This document shows, one piece after another, positions 41,415 to 51,535 of a DNA stretch of 64,000 nt; positions within the stretch are counted from its first letter, which is position 1, and the number at the start of each line of letters is the position of its first letter. Under the pieces are notes generated by a model that was not told the origin of the DNA, searched no databases, and saw only the letters and a list, made by a program, of their open reading frames with translations. Made by a program: the position numbers and the translations under genes. Location: contig CBDEFM010000001.1 in NCBI GenBank assembly GCA_965237415.1, positions 416,001 through 480,000 on the forward strand, written 5' to 3'. The DNA comes from Alphaproteobacteria bacterium. Its GTDB lineage: Bacteria; Pseudomonadota; Alphaproteobacteria; UBA828.

Positions 41415-42431
41415 TTGACGATCCGCCGACCCCGTCGCCCGCGAAGCCGCAGCCCGCTCACGGCGCTGTTCGTCGCGGGAATCGGGGTGCTGGCGAGCCT
41501 CTTGGCGGCGCCGCTCGCGCTCGCGCAGACCGACGGCGCAACGACGGTCCCCGTCGCGGTCGAGATCGTCGAGGAACAGGGCGGCCTCTTCGAGAGGGTG
41601 GCCGACTTCCTCATGGATTTTCAGCGCCGCGCCAACGCCGAGGTCTCCTTCCACATGAACGCCATCGAGCGGGGCGAGAATCTCGGCTCGCTCCTCCTGG
41701 CCCTTGCGGTCGCGTTCGCATACGGCGCCGTCCATGCGCTCGGGCCGGGGCACGGGAAATTCGTGGTCGTGTCCTACTTCCTCGGGCGGGACGCGCGGGT
41801 CATGCGTGGCGTCGTCATGGCGGTTCAGATCGCCATCGTCCACGTCATCGCCGCCATCGTCATCGTCTGGCTGGCCGACCTCGTGCTGCGCGGCGGCTTT
41901 GGGCTGGGGCTATCGGACGTGCCGGGCGTGCGCGCCGCGAGCTTCCTCATCATCGTCGGCATCGGCGCCTACATGCTCTACCAGGCCGTGCGTGCGTCGC
42001 TGAGACGGCGTGCAAACGGCACACACGGCCATGAGCACGGTCATCATCACGGTCATGACCACGGGCACGGCCACGATCACAGCCACAGCCACAGCCATGG
42101 CGGGAGGGCGGAGGGCGGCATCCTGGCGCTCGCGGCCGGGATGGTCCCCTGCCCGGGGGCCGTGCTGATCATGCTGTACGCGGTGGCGAACGACATGATC
42201 TATCCCGGCTCCCTGCTGGTCGCGGCGATGTCGCTCGGCATCGGATCGAGCATTTGCGTGCTGGGGGTCGGTGCGATCCTCGCGAGACAAGCGGCGATGC
42301 GAGTCATGGAACGCTCCGGCGGCGGCAGAGCCAACGCGCTGCGGCACGGCATGAACTACGCAGGTGCCGCCTTGGTCACCCTGGTCGGACTGGTCTCCTT
42401 CATCGCCTTTCTCAACACACCGCTCGGCTGA
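41415..42431 (+). CDS. HoxN/HupN/NixA-RcnA family Ni/Co(/Zn) transporter (ZevB-like)
   Basis: YGAVHALGPGHGK, His-rich loop, GMVPCPGA. Confidence 0.88.
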   Translation: MTIRRPRRPRSRSPLTALFVAGIGVLASLLAAPLALAQTDGATTVPVAVEIVEEQGGLFERVADFLMDFQRRANAEVSFHMNAIERGENLGSLLLALAVAFAYGAVHALGPGHGKFVVVSYFLGRDARVMRGVVMAVQIAIVHVIAAIVIVWLADLVLRGGFGLGLSDVPGVRAASFLIIVGIGAYMLYQAVRASLRRRANGTHGHEHGHHHGHDHGHGHDHSHSHSHGGRAEGGILALAAGMVPCPGAVLIMLYAVANDMIYPGSLLVAAMSLGIGSSICVLGVGAILARQAAMRVMERSGGGRANALRHGMNYAGAALVTLVGLVSFIAFLNTPLG

Positions 42432-42559
42432 ATTGCCCGTAACGACGGCTGCAGATCGCGGGAAAGCGAGCCGATCACGCCCCCGATGCAATAGACTGTC
42501 CTGGTTCGGATCGGAGGCGAACGCCACGTGTCTTCGCTAAACCATTCAACAGGCGCTCA

Positions 42560-43498
42560 GTGATGGCCGGCACGCGCCACAGTCATGGCCACGAGCACGG
42601 TGGCCACTCACACGCTGCCCACATGCACGGCAGCAATGAGACCCGCATCTTCTGGGCGCTGTTGCTGACCGCAGGCTTCATGTTCGCCGAGGTGGCCGGC
42701 GGGGTGATCTCGGGTTCCCTCGCGCTGCTCGCCGATGCCGCGCATATGCTCATCGACTCGGTATCCCTGTTCTTCGCCTGGCTCGCCTTCAGGCTGAGCC
42801 ACCGCCCTGCCGACAAGGCACGCACCTACGGCTATCACCGCTTCCCCGTTCTTGCCGCCTTCGCCAACGGGATCGGCCTCGTCTTCATCTGCATCTGGAT
42901 CTTCAGCGAGGCGGTCGACCGGCTGCTGAACCCGACGGAGGTGCTGGCCAGCCCCATGCTGGCGGTGGCGGGGCTGGGCCTCGCGATCAACATCGCCGCA
43001 TTCGCGGTGCTTCACGGCGCCGATCGCAACAACCTCAACGTACGGGGCGCCCTGCTCCACGTGTGGAGCGACATGCTGGGCTCGGTGGCGGCGATCGGCG
43101 CGGCGCTGGTCATCATGACGACCGGATGGATGCCGATCGACCCGATCCTCTCCGTGCTGGTCGGGCTGCTGGTGCTGCGCAGCGCCTGGTTCCTGATGAG
43201 GGACGCGGCGCACGTCCTGCTCGAAGGCGTGCCTCAGCAGCTGGACGTTCACGACATCGGCCGCGACCTGGTCTTGCACGTTGCCGTCGTCGAGGACGTG
43301 CATCACGTCCACGCCTGGTCCCTTTCGCAGGAACGCTCGCTGCTCACGCTCCACGCACGCGTGACCGAGGGCACCAATCCGGATTCGGCCGTCGCCGCGA
43401 TTCAGGAGCGCCTCGCGGATCGTTTCGACATCCGCCACGTCACGGTGCAGATCGAGCTGGAAGGCTGCTCCGACGAGGCCGTCACCGCCTCCGGCTGA
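42560..43498 (+). CDS. Cation diffusion facilitator (ZitB/CzcD-like)
   Basis: His-rich N-terminus, SLALLADAAHM, TYGYHR, LHVWSD, HHVHAW, HVTVQIE. Confidence 0.93.
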   Translation: MMAGTRHSHGHEHGGHSHAAHMHGSNETRIFWALLLTAGFMFAEVAGGVISGSLALLADAAHMLIDSVSLFFAWLAFRLSHRPADKARTYGYHRFPVLAAFANGIGLVFICIWIFSEAVDRLLNPTEVLASPMLAVAGLGLAINIAAFAVLHGADRNNLNVRGALLHVWSDMLGSVAAIGAALVIMTTGWMPIDPILSVLVGLLVLRSAWFLMRDAAHVLLEGVPQQLDVHDIGRDLVLHVAVVEDVHHVHAWSLSQERSLLTLHARVTEGTNPDSAVAAIQERLADRFDIRHVTVQIELEGCSDEAVTASG

Positions 43499-44300
43499 CC
43501 GTCGCTTGCGCCAACTTCCGCAGTCCGTCGTTGCGGGTCACGATGAAGATGGCAAGCGCGGTGACGACGATGGAGGGGCCGGAGGGCGTGTCCCAAGTCG
43601 CGGACGCGTAGAGCCCGCCCACCGTGGCGACGGCGCCGGCCGCCGCCGCGCCTGCGGCCATCCATTCGGGATTGGGCGCGAAGCGACGAACCGTCGCCGC
43701 CGGGATCACCAGCAGCGCCACGATCAGCAGGATGCCGACGATCTTGATGGCGACGGCGATGATCACCGCCACCAGAAGCCCGAATATCAGCCGCGCGCGC
43801 TCCGGCTTCAGTCCCGCCACGGTAGCGAGGTCCGCGTCGACGGTCGCCGCCAGCAGCGGGCGCCAGAGCCACCACAGCACGCCCAGGACGATCGCGCCGC
43901 CGCCCCAGATCACCGCGAGATCCGTGCGCGAGACGGCGAGGATGTCGCCGAAGAGCAGTGCGTGCAGGTCGAGGCGCATGGCCGGGAAGAAGGACAGGAT
44001 GACGAGGCCCAGCGCCAGCCCGCCATGGGCGAGCAGGCCGAGCAACGTATCGGTCGGCAGCGTGCCGCGTCTGTCGAGATAGAACATGATGAGCGCCACC
44101 AGCGCAGCGCAGATCAGAATGCCGATCACCAGGTTGAAGCTGAACACGATGGCGAGGGCGACGCCGAGCAGGGAGGAGTGCGCGATCGTCTCGCCGAAAT
44201 AGGCCAGTCTGCGCCAGACGACAAAACACCCCGCGGGCCCGGTGACGAGGGCGAGGCCGATCCCGGCAAGCAGGGCGCGCACGAAGAAGTCGTCGAGCAT
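43482..44300 (-). CDS. znuB: Zinc ABC transporter permease
   Basis: GPAGCFVVWRRLAYFGETIAH, LFGDILAV, VGILLIVALLVIPAA, DTPSGPSIV. Confidence 0.93.
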   Translation of the reverse strand: MLDDFFVRALLAGIGLALVTGPAGCFVVWRRLAYFGETIAHSSLLGVALAIVFSFNLVIGILICAALVALIMFYLDRRGTLPTDTLLGLLAHGGLALGLVILSFFPAMRLDLHALLFGDILAVSRTDLAVIWGGGAIVLGVLWWLWRPLLAATVDADLATVAGLKPERARLIFGLLVAVIIAVAIKIVGILLIVALLVIPAATVRRFAPNPEWMAAGAAAAGAVATVGGLYASATWDTPSGPSIVVTALAIFIVTRNDGLRKLAQATVSRRR

Positions 44301-44303
44301 CGC

Positions 44304-44993
44304 TCAGCCCCCGGCCGTGGAGCCCGCGGCAGGGGGCTTCTCGTCATGCTCGTGGGGCACCAGGACGACGACATCGTCGCCGGTCTTCGCCGCCAGCTCG
44401 ATGTCGTGGGAGATAATCAGGATGCCGCAGCCGATGGTGCGGCGGATCTCCTCGATCAGCTCGTAGAAGACCTCCGTCCCGCTGACGTCGACCCCCTGGG
44501 CCGGCTCGTCAAGGACCAGCAGGTCGGGCCGGTCGATCAACGCCCGTGCCAGCAGCAGGCGCTGGAACTCGCCGCCGGAGAGCGTCGCGATGGGCGGATT
44601 GCCGAGCTTCTCCAGTCCGACGGCGGCGAGCGCCGCGTCGATCTCGCGACGGGAGTAGCGACCGGTCAGGGTCATCAGCCGGCGGAGCGTGAGCGGCAGC
44701 GTCGGGCTTATGGAGAGGCGCTGCGGCACATAGCCCAGCGCCGCCGCCGGCAGCCGCTCCACCTTGCCTTCGTCGATGGCGATCAGGCCGAGCACCGCCT
44801 TGGCGCAGGTCGACTTGCCGGCGCCGTTGGCGCCGATCAGGAAGACCAGCGCGCCGCGCAGCACCTGGAGGTCGACATACCGGAAGATCCAGCGCTCGCC
44901 CAGCCGCACGCCGATGCCGCGGGCGCTGACGAGCGGGTCAGACCTGGCGGCGGGTGCCATTCCTGCCGTCATACCCGATTCCGGCAAAGACAT
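44304..44993 (-). CDS. znuC: Zinc ABC transporter ATPase (start uncertain)
   Basis: GANGAGKST, GYVPQ, LSGGEFQR, LDEPAQGVD, SHD. Confidence 0.9.
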   Translation of the reverse strand: MSLPESGMTAGMAPAARSDPLVSARGIGVRLGERWIFRYVDLQVLRGALVFLIGANGAGKSTCAKAVLGLIAIDEGKVERLPAAALGYVPQRLSISPTLPLTLRRLMTLTGRYSRREIDAALAAVGLEKLGNPPIATLSGGEFQRLLLARALIDRPDLLVLDEPAQGVDVSGTEVFYELIEEIRRTIGCGILIISHDIELAAKTGDDVVVLVPHEHDEKPPAAGSTAGG

Positions 44994-45109
44994 ATACGTC
45001 AACTAGGTCGACAAAAAACTCTTTTGCATCATATTAGCGGACCGCTCAAACTAGTATACAAGTCGACGACCATTGTGGCTATGGTCGCTCGATCTGCGGA
45101 GGTCTGACA

Positions 45110-46171
45110 GTGATTCGTCTGCCGATGATGCCGGTGCTGCGACGCTTGCCTCTCGCGCTCGCCGCGGCAGCGCTCCTCTCTTGTGCCGCCGCCGGCCCGG
45201 CGTTGGCCGACCACGACTTGCGGGTCGTTGTCACGATCAAGCCGGTGCATTCGCTGGTAAGTGCCGTGATGGCGGGCGTGGGCGAGCCTCACCTCATCAT
45301 CCGGGGCGCCGCGTCGCCGCATACGTTCAACATGCACCCCTCTGACGCGATGGCGATCGCGGACGCCGATGTCATCTTCCTGATCGGCGACACAATGGAG
45401 ACCGCGCTCGCCGGGCCGGTCGAAACGCTCCCCGGACACGCCGACGTGGTCGTGCTCGCCGACGCGCCGGGTCTGATTCTTCAGCCGCTCCGCGAGGGCG
45501 GTGCGTTCGAGCGGGACGACCACCATGGCCACGGCCACCAACGGCAGGATGGGCACGACGACGTTCACGAGGTGCATGTGGGCGAGGCGCGAGCGGATGA
45601 AGTCGCAGTCGAGCACCACGACGACCATGAGGACGGCCCCTTCGACATGCACATCTGGCTCGACCCGATCAACGGCTGGGCGATGGCGCGGACGATCGCC
45701 GACGTCCTGGCCGAGGCCGACCCGGCCAACGAAGCGGTCTACGAGGCCAACACCGACGGGCTCCGCCGCCGCCTCGACCACCTGAACGAGGAGATCGCCG
45801 CGCAAGTGGCGCCGGCCCGCGGCGTGCCGTTCATCGTCTTCCACGACGGCTACCGCTATTTCGAGGACCGCTTCGGGCTCACCGTCGTCGGCTCGGTCGT
45901 GGTCAGCCCGTCGCGCCCGCCCGGCGTCCGGCGCATTTCCGAACTCCGCAACAAGGTTCAAGCGCTCGACGTGACCTGCGTGCTCGCCGAGCCCCAGTTC
46001 GACGAGAGCCTCGTCCGGACCATCGTCGAAGGCAGCGAGGTCGCAACCGGCACGGTCGATCCCTTGGGCGCCGCCATCGAGGACGGGCCGGAGCTCTACT
46101 TCACGCTGCTCAGCAACATGGCCGCGGCCTTCACGGACTGTCTCGCGCCCGGGGAGGGCGGCGCTAGCTAA
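45110..46171 (+). CDS. znuA: Zinc ABC transporter substrate-binding protein
   Basis: TIKPVHSLV, ASPH, His/Asp-rich loop, DMHIWLDP, FHDGYRYFE. Confidence 0.93.
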   Translation: MIRLPMMPVLRRLPLALAAAALLSCAAAGPALADHDLRVVVTIKPVHSLVSAVMAGVGEPHLIIRGAASPHTFNMHPSDAMAIADADVIFLIGDTMETALAGPVETLPGHADVVVLADAPGLILQPLREGGAFERDDHHGHGHQRQDGHDDVHEVHVGEARADEVAVEHHDDHEDGPFDMHIWLDPINGWAMARTIADVLAEADPANEAVYEANTDGLRRRLDHLNEEIAAQVAPARGVPFIVFHDGYRYFEDRFGLTVVGSVVVSPSRPPGVRRISELRNKVQALDVTCVLAEPQFDESLVRTIVEGSEVATGTVDPLGAAIEDGPELYFTLLSNMAAAFTDCLAPGEGGAS

Positions 46172-47603
46172 GGGACCAGACGCTCGTCCCCGGATGGCGC
46201 GCCCGCCAGGGCCGCGCCTCCTCGAGCTGGGCCGCGAGGCGGAACAACGTCGCCTCTTCGGCGATGCGGCCGCCGAAATGGACGCCGATGGGGAGCCCGT
46301 CGCCGTTCCAGCTGAGCGGAAGCGCGATCGCCGGATTGCCGGTGCAGTTGAAGATCGGCGTGAACGGGATGAACGCCAGCAGCCGCTCGAAGAAAACCTC
46401 GGCATCGTCGTCGGCGAAGAGGTGGCCGTGCGGCGGCGGCGCGGTGCCGAGCGTCGGCGTCAGCCAGATGTCGTAGTCCTCGTAGAAGCGCGCGAAGTCC
46501 CGCGTCGTCGCATGGACATCGGCGATCCCCTGCACCAGATCGGCGCCGCTCAGCTTGCGCCCCTCTTCGATCAGATGGAGGTTGTTGGCCTCGGTGTTCT
46601 CGCTCGAGGGCGTCTGCCCGGTCGCCGCGGCGTAGCCGTCGAAGGCCCACGCCTCGTTGGCCTGGAAGATCTTGGTCCAGCCGTCGAACATCGTCTCGAC
46701 ATCGAAGGCGGGCGCTGCCGGCTCGACGATGTGACCCAGATCCTCCAAGAGCGCCGCGGCATCCTCCGTGGCGCGGACGCAATCGGCATCGACCGCGCTT
46801 CCCGTCGGCGCCTTCGTGGATATTCCGATGCGGAGCCTGCCCGGATCGGCACCCACTTCGTCGAGGAAGGGCCGCGCGGGCGGCGGTGCGTAATAGGGCT
46901 CGCCGACACCGGGGCCGGCGGTGGCGTCGAGCAGGGCGGCGCAATCCCGCACGCTCCGCGTCACCACATGCTCGATCGCGATACCGTTCCAGAGCTCGCC
47001 GAAGTCGGGGCCGTTGGGCGTGCGCCCGCGGCTCGGCTTGAGCCCGACCAGGCCGCAGGCCGAGGCGGGGATGCGGATCGACCCGCCCCCGTCGTTGGCA
47101 TGGCCCGCCGGCGCGATGCCTGCCGCCACCCCGGCCGCCGAGCCTCCGCTGGAGCCGCCGGGTGAGTAGCCGAGCTTCCACGGGTTATGGGTGGGGCCGT
47201 TGGCCACGGGCTCGGTGGAGCCGCTGGAGCCGCCCTCCGGCGTGTTGGTCTTGGCGAAGATGACCAATCCAGCGCGCTTCCACCGCGCCACCATTTCGCT
47301 GTCGAAGTCGCGGGTCCAACCCTTGAAGAAGCGGCTCCCGCAATCGGTCGGCACGCCGGCGTAGGACTGGGTCAGGTCCTTGAGCAGGAAGGGCACCCCC
47401 TCGAACGACCCGGCAGGGAGGCCGTCTGCGATCGAAGCCCGCGCCTCCGCCTCCATCGAGCGGACGATGGCATTGAGGTCGCCGTTGAGCGCCTCCGCCG
47501 CTTCGAGCGCGCACGCCAGCAACTCCTCCGCCGTCACCTCGCCGTTCTTGACGAGCGCGGCCAATCCCAAGGCATCGTGGGCGGCATAGTCCGTGAGCTT
47601 CAT
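46164..47603 (-). CDS. Amidase-signature amidase (NylA-like)
   Basis: [29 protein letters not shown]. Confidence 0.92.
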   Translation of the reverse strand: MKLTDYAAHDALGLAALVKNGEVTAEELLACALEAAEALNGDLNAIVRSMEAEARASIADGLPAGSFEGVPFLLKDLTQSYAGVPTDCGSRFFKGWTRDFDSEMVARWKRAGLVIFAKTNTPEGGSSGSTEPVANGPTHNPWKLGYSPGGSSGGSAAGVAAGIAPAGHANDGGGSIRIPASACGLVGLKPSRGRTPNGPDFGELWNGIAIEHVVTRSVRDCAALLDATAGPGVGEPYYAPPPARPFLDEVGADPGRLRIGISTKAPTGSAVDADCVRATEDAAALLEDLGHIVEPAAPAFDVETMFDGWTKIFQANEAWAFDGYAAATGQTPSSENTEANNLHLIEEGRKLSGADLVQGIADVHATTRDFARFYEDYDIWLTPTLGTAPPPHGHLFADDDAEVFFERLLAFIPFTPIFNCTGNPAIALPLSWNGDGLPIGVHFGGRIAEEATLFRLAAQLEEARPWRARHPGTSVWSLS

Positions 47604-47753
47604 CCCCTAATCTCCCGATCGCAGCCCCGCTCAGGCTCACGCGTCCTGGCGGCAACTCAGCGCTCGTGTTGCTGAGGGTCCGGACGAGCACGGCATTCCG
47701 GCCCTTTGCGGAACGGTAGTGTCGAACCGGGGCGCGGGCAACAAGCCCGGCCG

Positions 47754-48443
47754 TTACTCTGCGGCGGCCAAACCGGCGGTGGAGTAATCGGGACTGCGCC
47801 GCGGGGTGTGCGGCGCGGGCGCCTCCTGCTGGAGGTGGATGGCCCGCGTCACCGCCTGCCCGATCAAGTCCATCTTGGCGATCTGCGCAATCTTGGGCGC
47901 GAGCCGCACGCATGCGCTCTCATCGAGCAGGCTCGGCCAGAGCGCGCAGGCCTCGGCCAGGCTGACGATCATGATGTCGCGCGGGTCGGGAACCTCGTCG
48001 CTCAGCAGCTCGCCGGCGAGTCGTTGCCGTACGTCCCGCAACGGCCGGCCGTTCTCGTCGCAATAGCGATGGGTGCCCATGACCAGCAGCATGCCGTCGC
48101 GGCCGCGGATCACGATTCCCCGCGCCACCAGCCGGTCGACCAGCATCGACAGTATCGCGTGATAGTTGCCGGCGAACACCTCGACCCAATGGACGATGGG
48201 GCGATGCCTGCCGTCGGCGGCGATCTGCGCGAGCGCACGGTCGAGCGCGGGTTCCTGCAGCGGCGCGGAGTCGACGACGAAGAGCCCGTCGAGGTCCGTG
48301 TCGATGCGGTCCGCAAGGGCGAGGTCCATCAACAGGGCCCCGCCGAGGGCCGAGCGAAGACTACGATCCGGCAGCCGAGTGCTGGGCCTGCCGGTGTCGT
48401 AGTCGAGCATCAGGAGGAACACCTCCTCGCACACCGTGATCAT
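47754..48443 (-). CDS. GPP34/GOLPH3 family protein
   Basis: EEVFLLMLD, GALLMDLAL..RIDTD, LV.RGI, PDPRD. Confidence 0.8.
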   Translation of the reverse strand: MITVCEEVFLLMLDYDTGRPSTRLPDRSLRSALGGALLMDLALADRIDTDLDGLFVVDSAPLQEPALDRALAQIAADGRHRPIVHWVEVFAGNYHAILSMLVDRLVARGIVIRGRDGMLLVMGTHRYCDENGRPLRDVRQRLAGELLSDEVPDPRDIMIVSLAEACALWPSLLDESACVRLAPKIAQIAKMDLIGQAVTRAIHLQQEAPAPHTPRRSPDYSTAGLAAAE

Positions 48444-48510
48444 GTGGCGCCACCCTGTGGCGATGGCAGAGCGGCAATATCCCACACCGGCGACGAAAAT
48501 GACAGTTTTG

Positions 48511-49473
48511 TTACATTGCCCCCCGCACGAACGCCGCGGCGGCATCCACGTACCAGGGCATCGAGCTCGCTCTTCCGTGAAACCCCACGTGTCCGCCGCA
48601 GCGTGTGACGACGACGCGAAGCGGCGCGCGCTCGACGACGGAAGGCGGCGGAACCCAGGGATCGTCGTCGGCGTGAATGAGGAGCGCGGGAATGCGGAGC
48701 GCGCCCATGCCGCGCAGGGGCGAGCAGGTCGTGTAGTAGTCCGCCGCGCCGCGATATCCGGCCTCTTTCGCGGTGAACGCGTCGTCGAAATCCCGGATAT
48801 GCCGCGCGCCTTGAACCGCAGCGCGCACGGGCGCCGGTGCATCGCGCCAAAGCGGCTCCGTCTCGCACCGCAGCCGCCCGAGCAGCCATCGCTCATAGAA
48901 GCGGTTTCGAGGACGGGCAATCCGCTCTGCCGTCGCCACGAGGTCCAGAGGCGCGGACACCGCAACCACGGCCTTCACGGCCCCGGGAAGGAAAGGCGCC
49001 TGGGCAAGGCGGAGGGCGAGCGCTCCGCCGAGCGAGAATCCCACGATCGCGATGCCACGTTGCGCGATGCCGGGATCGAGATCGCCCACTGCCAGGCAGG
49101 CGTCGGCGAGGTCTCGCACCCGGTCCATGTGGTAGTGGCCCTTGGCAAGCGTACGGCCCGGCGGCGAGCCCCGGAGGTTGAGGCGGACCACCGGCGCGCC
49201 ACCGGCCGCCCACGCGCCTGCGGATTGAAGCACGTGCCGGCTCCCCTCGCAGCCCGTGAGTCCCGGCACCAGGACCACGGCCGGCACCGGCTCGCGTCCC
49301 GGATGGAAGCGTGCGACAAGGCGGTCACCGCTTCCGTCGCTAAGCGGAATCTCGATACGCCGGCCTGAGTCCGGCGGGATGCCCGGAAGCCTTCCGGGAA
49401 GGACGTTCCGTATCGTTTGAAGGTCGGCGGTGATCCACGGCCAGCGGCGGCGAAAGGACGCAAGCGCCGTCAT
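48511..49473 (-). CDS. YheT-like alpha/beta hydrolase
   Basis: PGLTGCEGS, GFSLGG nucleophile, DDPWVP, GGHVGF. Confidence 0.88.
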   Translation of the reverse strand: MTALASFRRRWPWITADLQTIRNVLPGRLPGIPPDSGRRIEIPLSDGSGDRLVARFHPGREPVPAVVLVPGLTGCEGSRHVLQSAGAWAAGGAPVVRLNLRGSPPGRTLAKGHYHMDRVRDLADACLAVGDLDPGIAQRGIAIVGFSLGGALALRLAQAPFLPGAVKAVVAVSAPLDLVATAERIARPRNRFYERWLLGRLRCETEPLWRDAPAPVRAAVQGARHIRDFDDAFTAKEAGYRGAADYYTTCSPLRGMGALRIPALLIHADDDPWVPPPSVVERAPLRVVVTRCGGHVGFHGRASSMPWYVDAAAAFVRGAM

Positions 49474-49503
49474 CAGGCAGGAGACGCCCTCTGAGACGGC
49501 CCG

Positions 49504-50284
49504 TCAGTGCGCCTCGCGGGGCACGGCGGCGCCGCGCTGGCCCACGAGAAAGTCGAGATCGACACCGCGGTCGGCCTGCAGCACATGGTCGAAATAGAGG
49601 CGCTGATAGCCGGAGAGCATCGGCGGTTCCGGCGGCTGCCAGGACTCGCGGCGGCGCGCGAGCTCGTCATCCGGGACCTCGAGGTGGAGCCTGCGCCCGG
49701 CAACGTCGAGCTCGATCGTGTCGCCTTCCTTCACAAGCGCGAGCGGACCGCCGGCCGCGGCCTCGGGCGCCGTGTGCAGGACGACGGTGCCGTAGGCGGT
49801 GCCGCTCATGCGCGCGTCGGAGACCCGCACCATGTCGCGGACGCCCCGCTTGAGAAGTTTTTTGGGCAGGCCCATGTTGCCGACCTCGGCCATGCCGGGG
49901 TAGCCGCGCGGCCCGCTGTTCTTGAGGACGAGGACGCAGTTCTCGTCGACATCGAGATCGTCGCGGTCGATGCGCGCCTTGTAATCCTCGATCGTCTCGA
50001 AGACGACGGCGCGGCCCCGGTGCTGCATCAGTGCCGGCGTCGCAGCCGACGGCTTGAGCACGGCACCGCTCGGGGCGAGATTGCCGCGCAGCACGGCGAT
50101 CCCGCCCTGGGCAGCGAGAGGCCGGTCCAGCGGCAGGATCACGTCCTCGTTGTGGCAGGGCGCATCGGCGCAATTCTCCCCGATCGCCCGGCAGACCCTG
50201 GTTCTTCATCCAGCTTCGGTGCAGGAAGCCGTCCTTGTCGGCCTTCCCGAACCATTCGTGCGATCTGAGCTTGCGCCCCGCCAT
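49504..50284 (-). pseudogene. IlvD/Edd family (sugar-acid dehydratase-like) gene with a large internal deletion
   Basis: 34-aa N-terminus (LRSHEWFG..GFLHRSWMKNQG) joined out of frame to a 226-aa C-terminus (GNLAPSGAVLK, GYPGMAEVG, SDARMSGT). Confidence 0.88.
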
Positions 50285-50388
50285 GCCTCTCCCCTCCTCG
50301 TTGCCGGCACCGTTGCCGCCGGGCGCCCGTTGTCCCACCCTAACGCAGAGTCGACATCCAATCGTAGGGGTCGCCCGGAGAGCAGCCG

Positions 50389-51174
50389 ATGCGCGTGGTG
50401 AGCTGGAACGTCAACGGGATCAGGGCTTGCGTGAAGAGGGGCTTCGCGGATTTTTTGAAACGCGCGCGGGCCGACATCGTGGGCGTTCAGGAGGTCCGCG
50501 CGCTCCACGAGGAGATTCCCGACGAGGCCCGCGCGCCGGCCGGCTGGCAGACGGCGTTCGTGGCAGCCGAGCGCCGGGGATACAGCGGCGTCGGAATCTA
50601 CGCGAGGCTTGCGCCGGAGCGGGTGGAGACCGGGCTCGGCGTGCCCCAATTCGATATTGAGGGCCGCTACATCGCCGCGCACTTCCGCAGCGAGCGCGGT
50701 CGCTTCGCCGTCGTCAACGCTTACTTCCCCAAGGGGGACGGAAAGAACCGCGATAACAGCCGCGTCCCCTACAAGCTCGACTTCTACCGGGCGGTCTTCG
50801 AGCGGGTGCAGCAGATGCGCCGCCGCTGCCCGGTGCTCGCGATCGGCGACTTCAACACCGCGCACCGCGAGATCGACCTCGCGCGGCCCAAGGCCAATGT
50901 CAGGAACAGCGGCTTCCTGCCCGAAGAGCGGGCCGAGATCGACCGCTGGCTGGAGGCCGGCTGGGTGGACGCCTTTCGCGCGCTCCATCCAGACGAGCCG
51001 GACCACTATAGCTGGTGGACGCAACGGGGCGGCGCGCGAGAGCGCAACGTCGGCTGGCGGATCGATTACATGCTGGCCTCTCCCGCCGCGATGAAACGGG
51101 TAGAGGGGGCCTTCATCTGGCCCCACCAGCATGGCTCCGACCACTGCCCGGTGGGCGTCGACATCGATTTCTGA
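50389..51174 (+). CDS. xth: Exodeoxyribonuclease III
   Basis: SWNVNGIRA, QE, GYSGV, GDFNTAH, GWRIDY, SDHCP. Confidence 0.95.
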   Translation: MRVVSWNVNGIRACVKRGFADFLKRARADIVGVQEVRALHEEIPDEARAPAGWQTAFVAAERRGYSGVGIYARLAPERVETGLGVPQFDIEGRYIAAHFRSERGRFAVVNAYFPKGDGKNRDNSRVPYKLDFYRAVFERVQQMRRRCPVLAIGDFNTAHREIDLARPKANVRNSGFLPEERAEIDRWLEAGWVDAFRALHPDEPDHYSWWTQRGGARERNVGWRIDYMLASPAAMKRVEGAFIWPHQHGSDHCPVGVDIDF

Positions 51175-51328
51175 CCCGCATTTCCGCCCGACGCTCTGGA
51201 CCATGGTGCGGTGCAGGCTGCGCGGCGTCTGCGCCAGGATGGCGTTATGCAGCAATCATGCTTTCGCGCGTCGCGGCGCAAGAGCGAGCCGCCCGCAGTC
51301 CACGTCTTTGCCGCCCCTTGTCTCGCGG

Positions 51329-51382
51329 AATCCCACTTATCCCACTTATCCCACTTAATCCCACTTAATCCCGGCGAATCCC
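51329..51382. repeat. ATCCCACTT(A) tandem array
   Basis: ATCCC at 51330, 51339, 51348, 51358, 51368, 51378; the first four are followed by ACTT. Confidence 0.9.
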
Positions 51383-51535
51383 GCCCAAGAAATGTGTTTC
51401 GAGCGCGACGCCGGCCGTCACCGCAGGGAGAAATTCGAGGCCGTGCCCAGCCCCGCAACGGTGCCATGTTGGTCTCGAACCGGGTCGAGCCGGCGCCAAT
51501 TGAAGCGAAGCGCTACGGCACAACGAGGAGAGTTC

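Noticed and set aside
42020-42100. CAC/CAT-rich repeats
   Set aside because: They encode the ordinary His-rich loop of a metal transporter
47610-47750. Possible riboswitch or ribozyme upstream of the amidase
   Set aside because: Only short stems (CTCAGC/GCTGAG); no recognisable aptamer or hammerhead core
51329-51382. Possible CRISPR array
   Set aside because: Units are 9-10 bp with no spacers, and there are no cas genes
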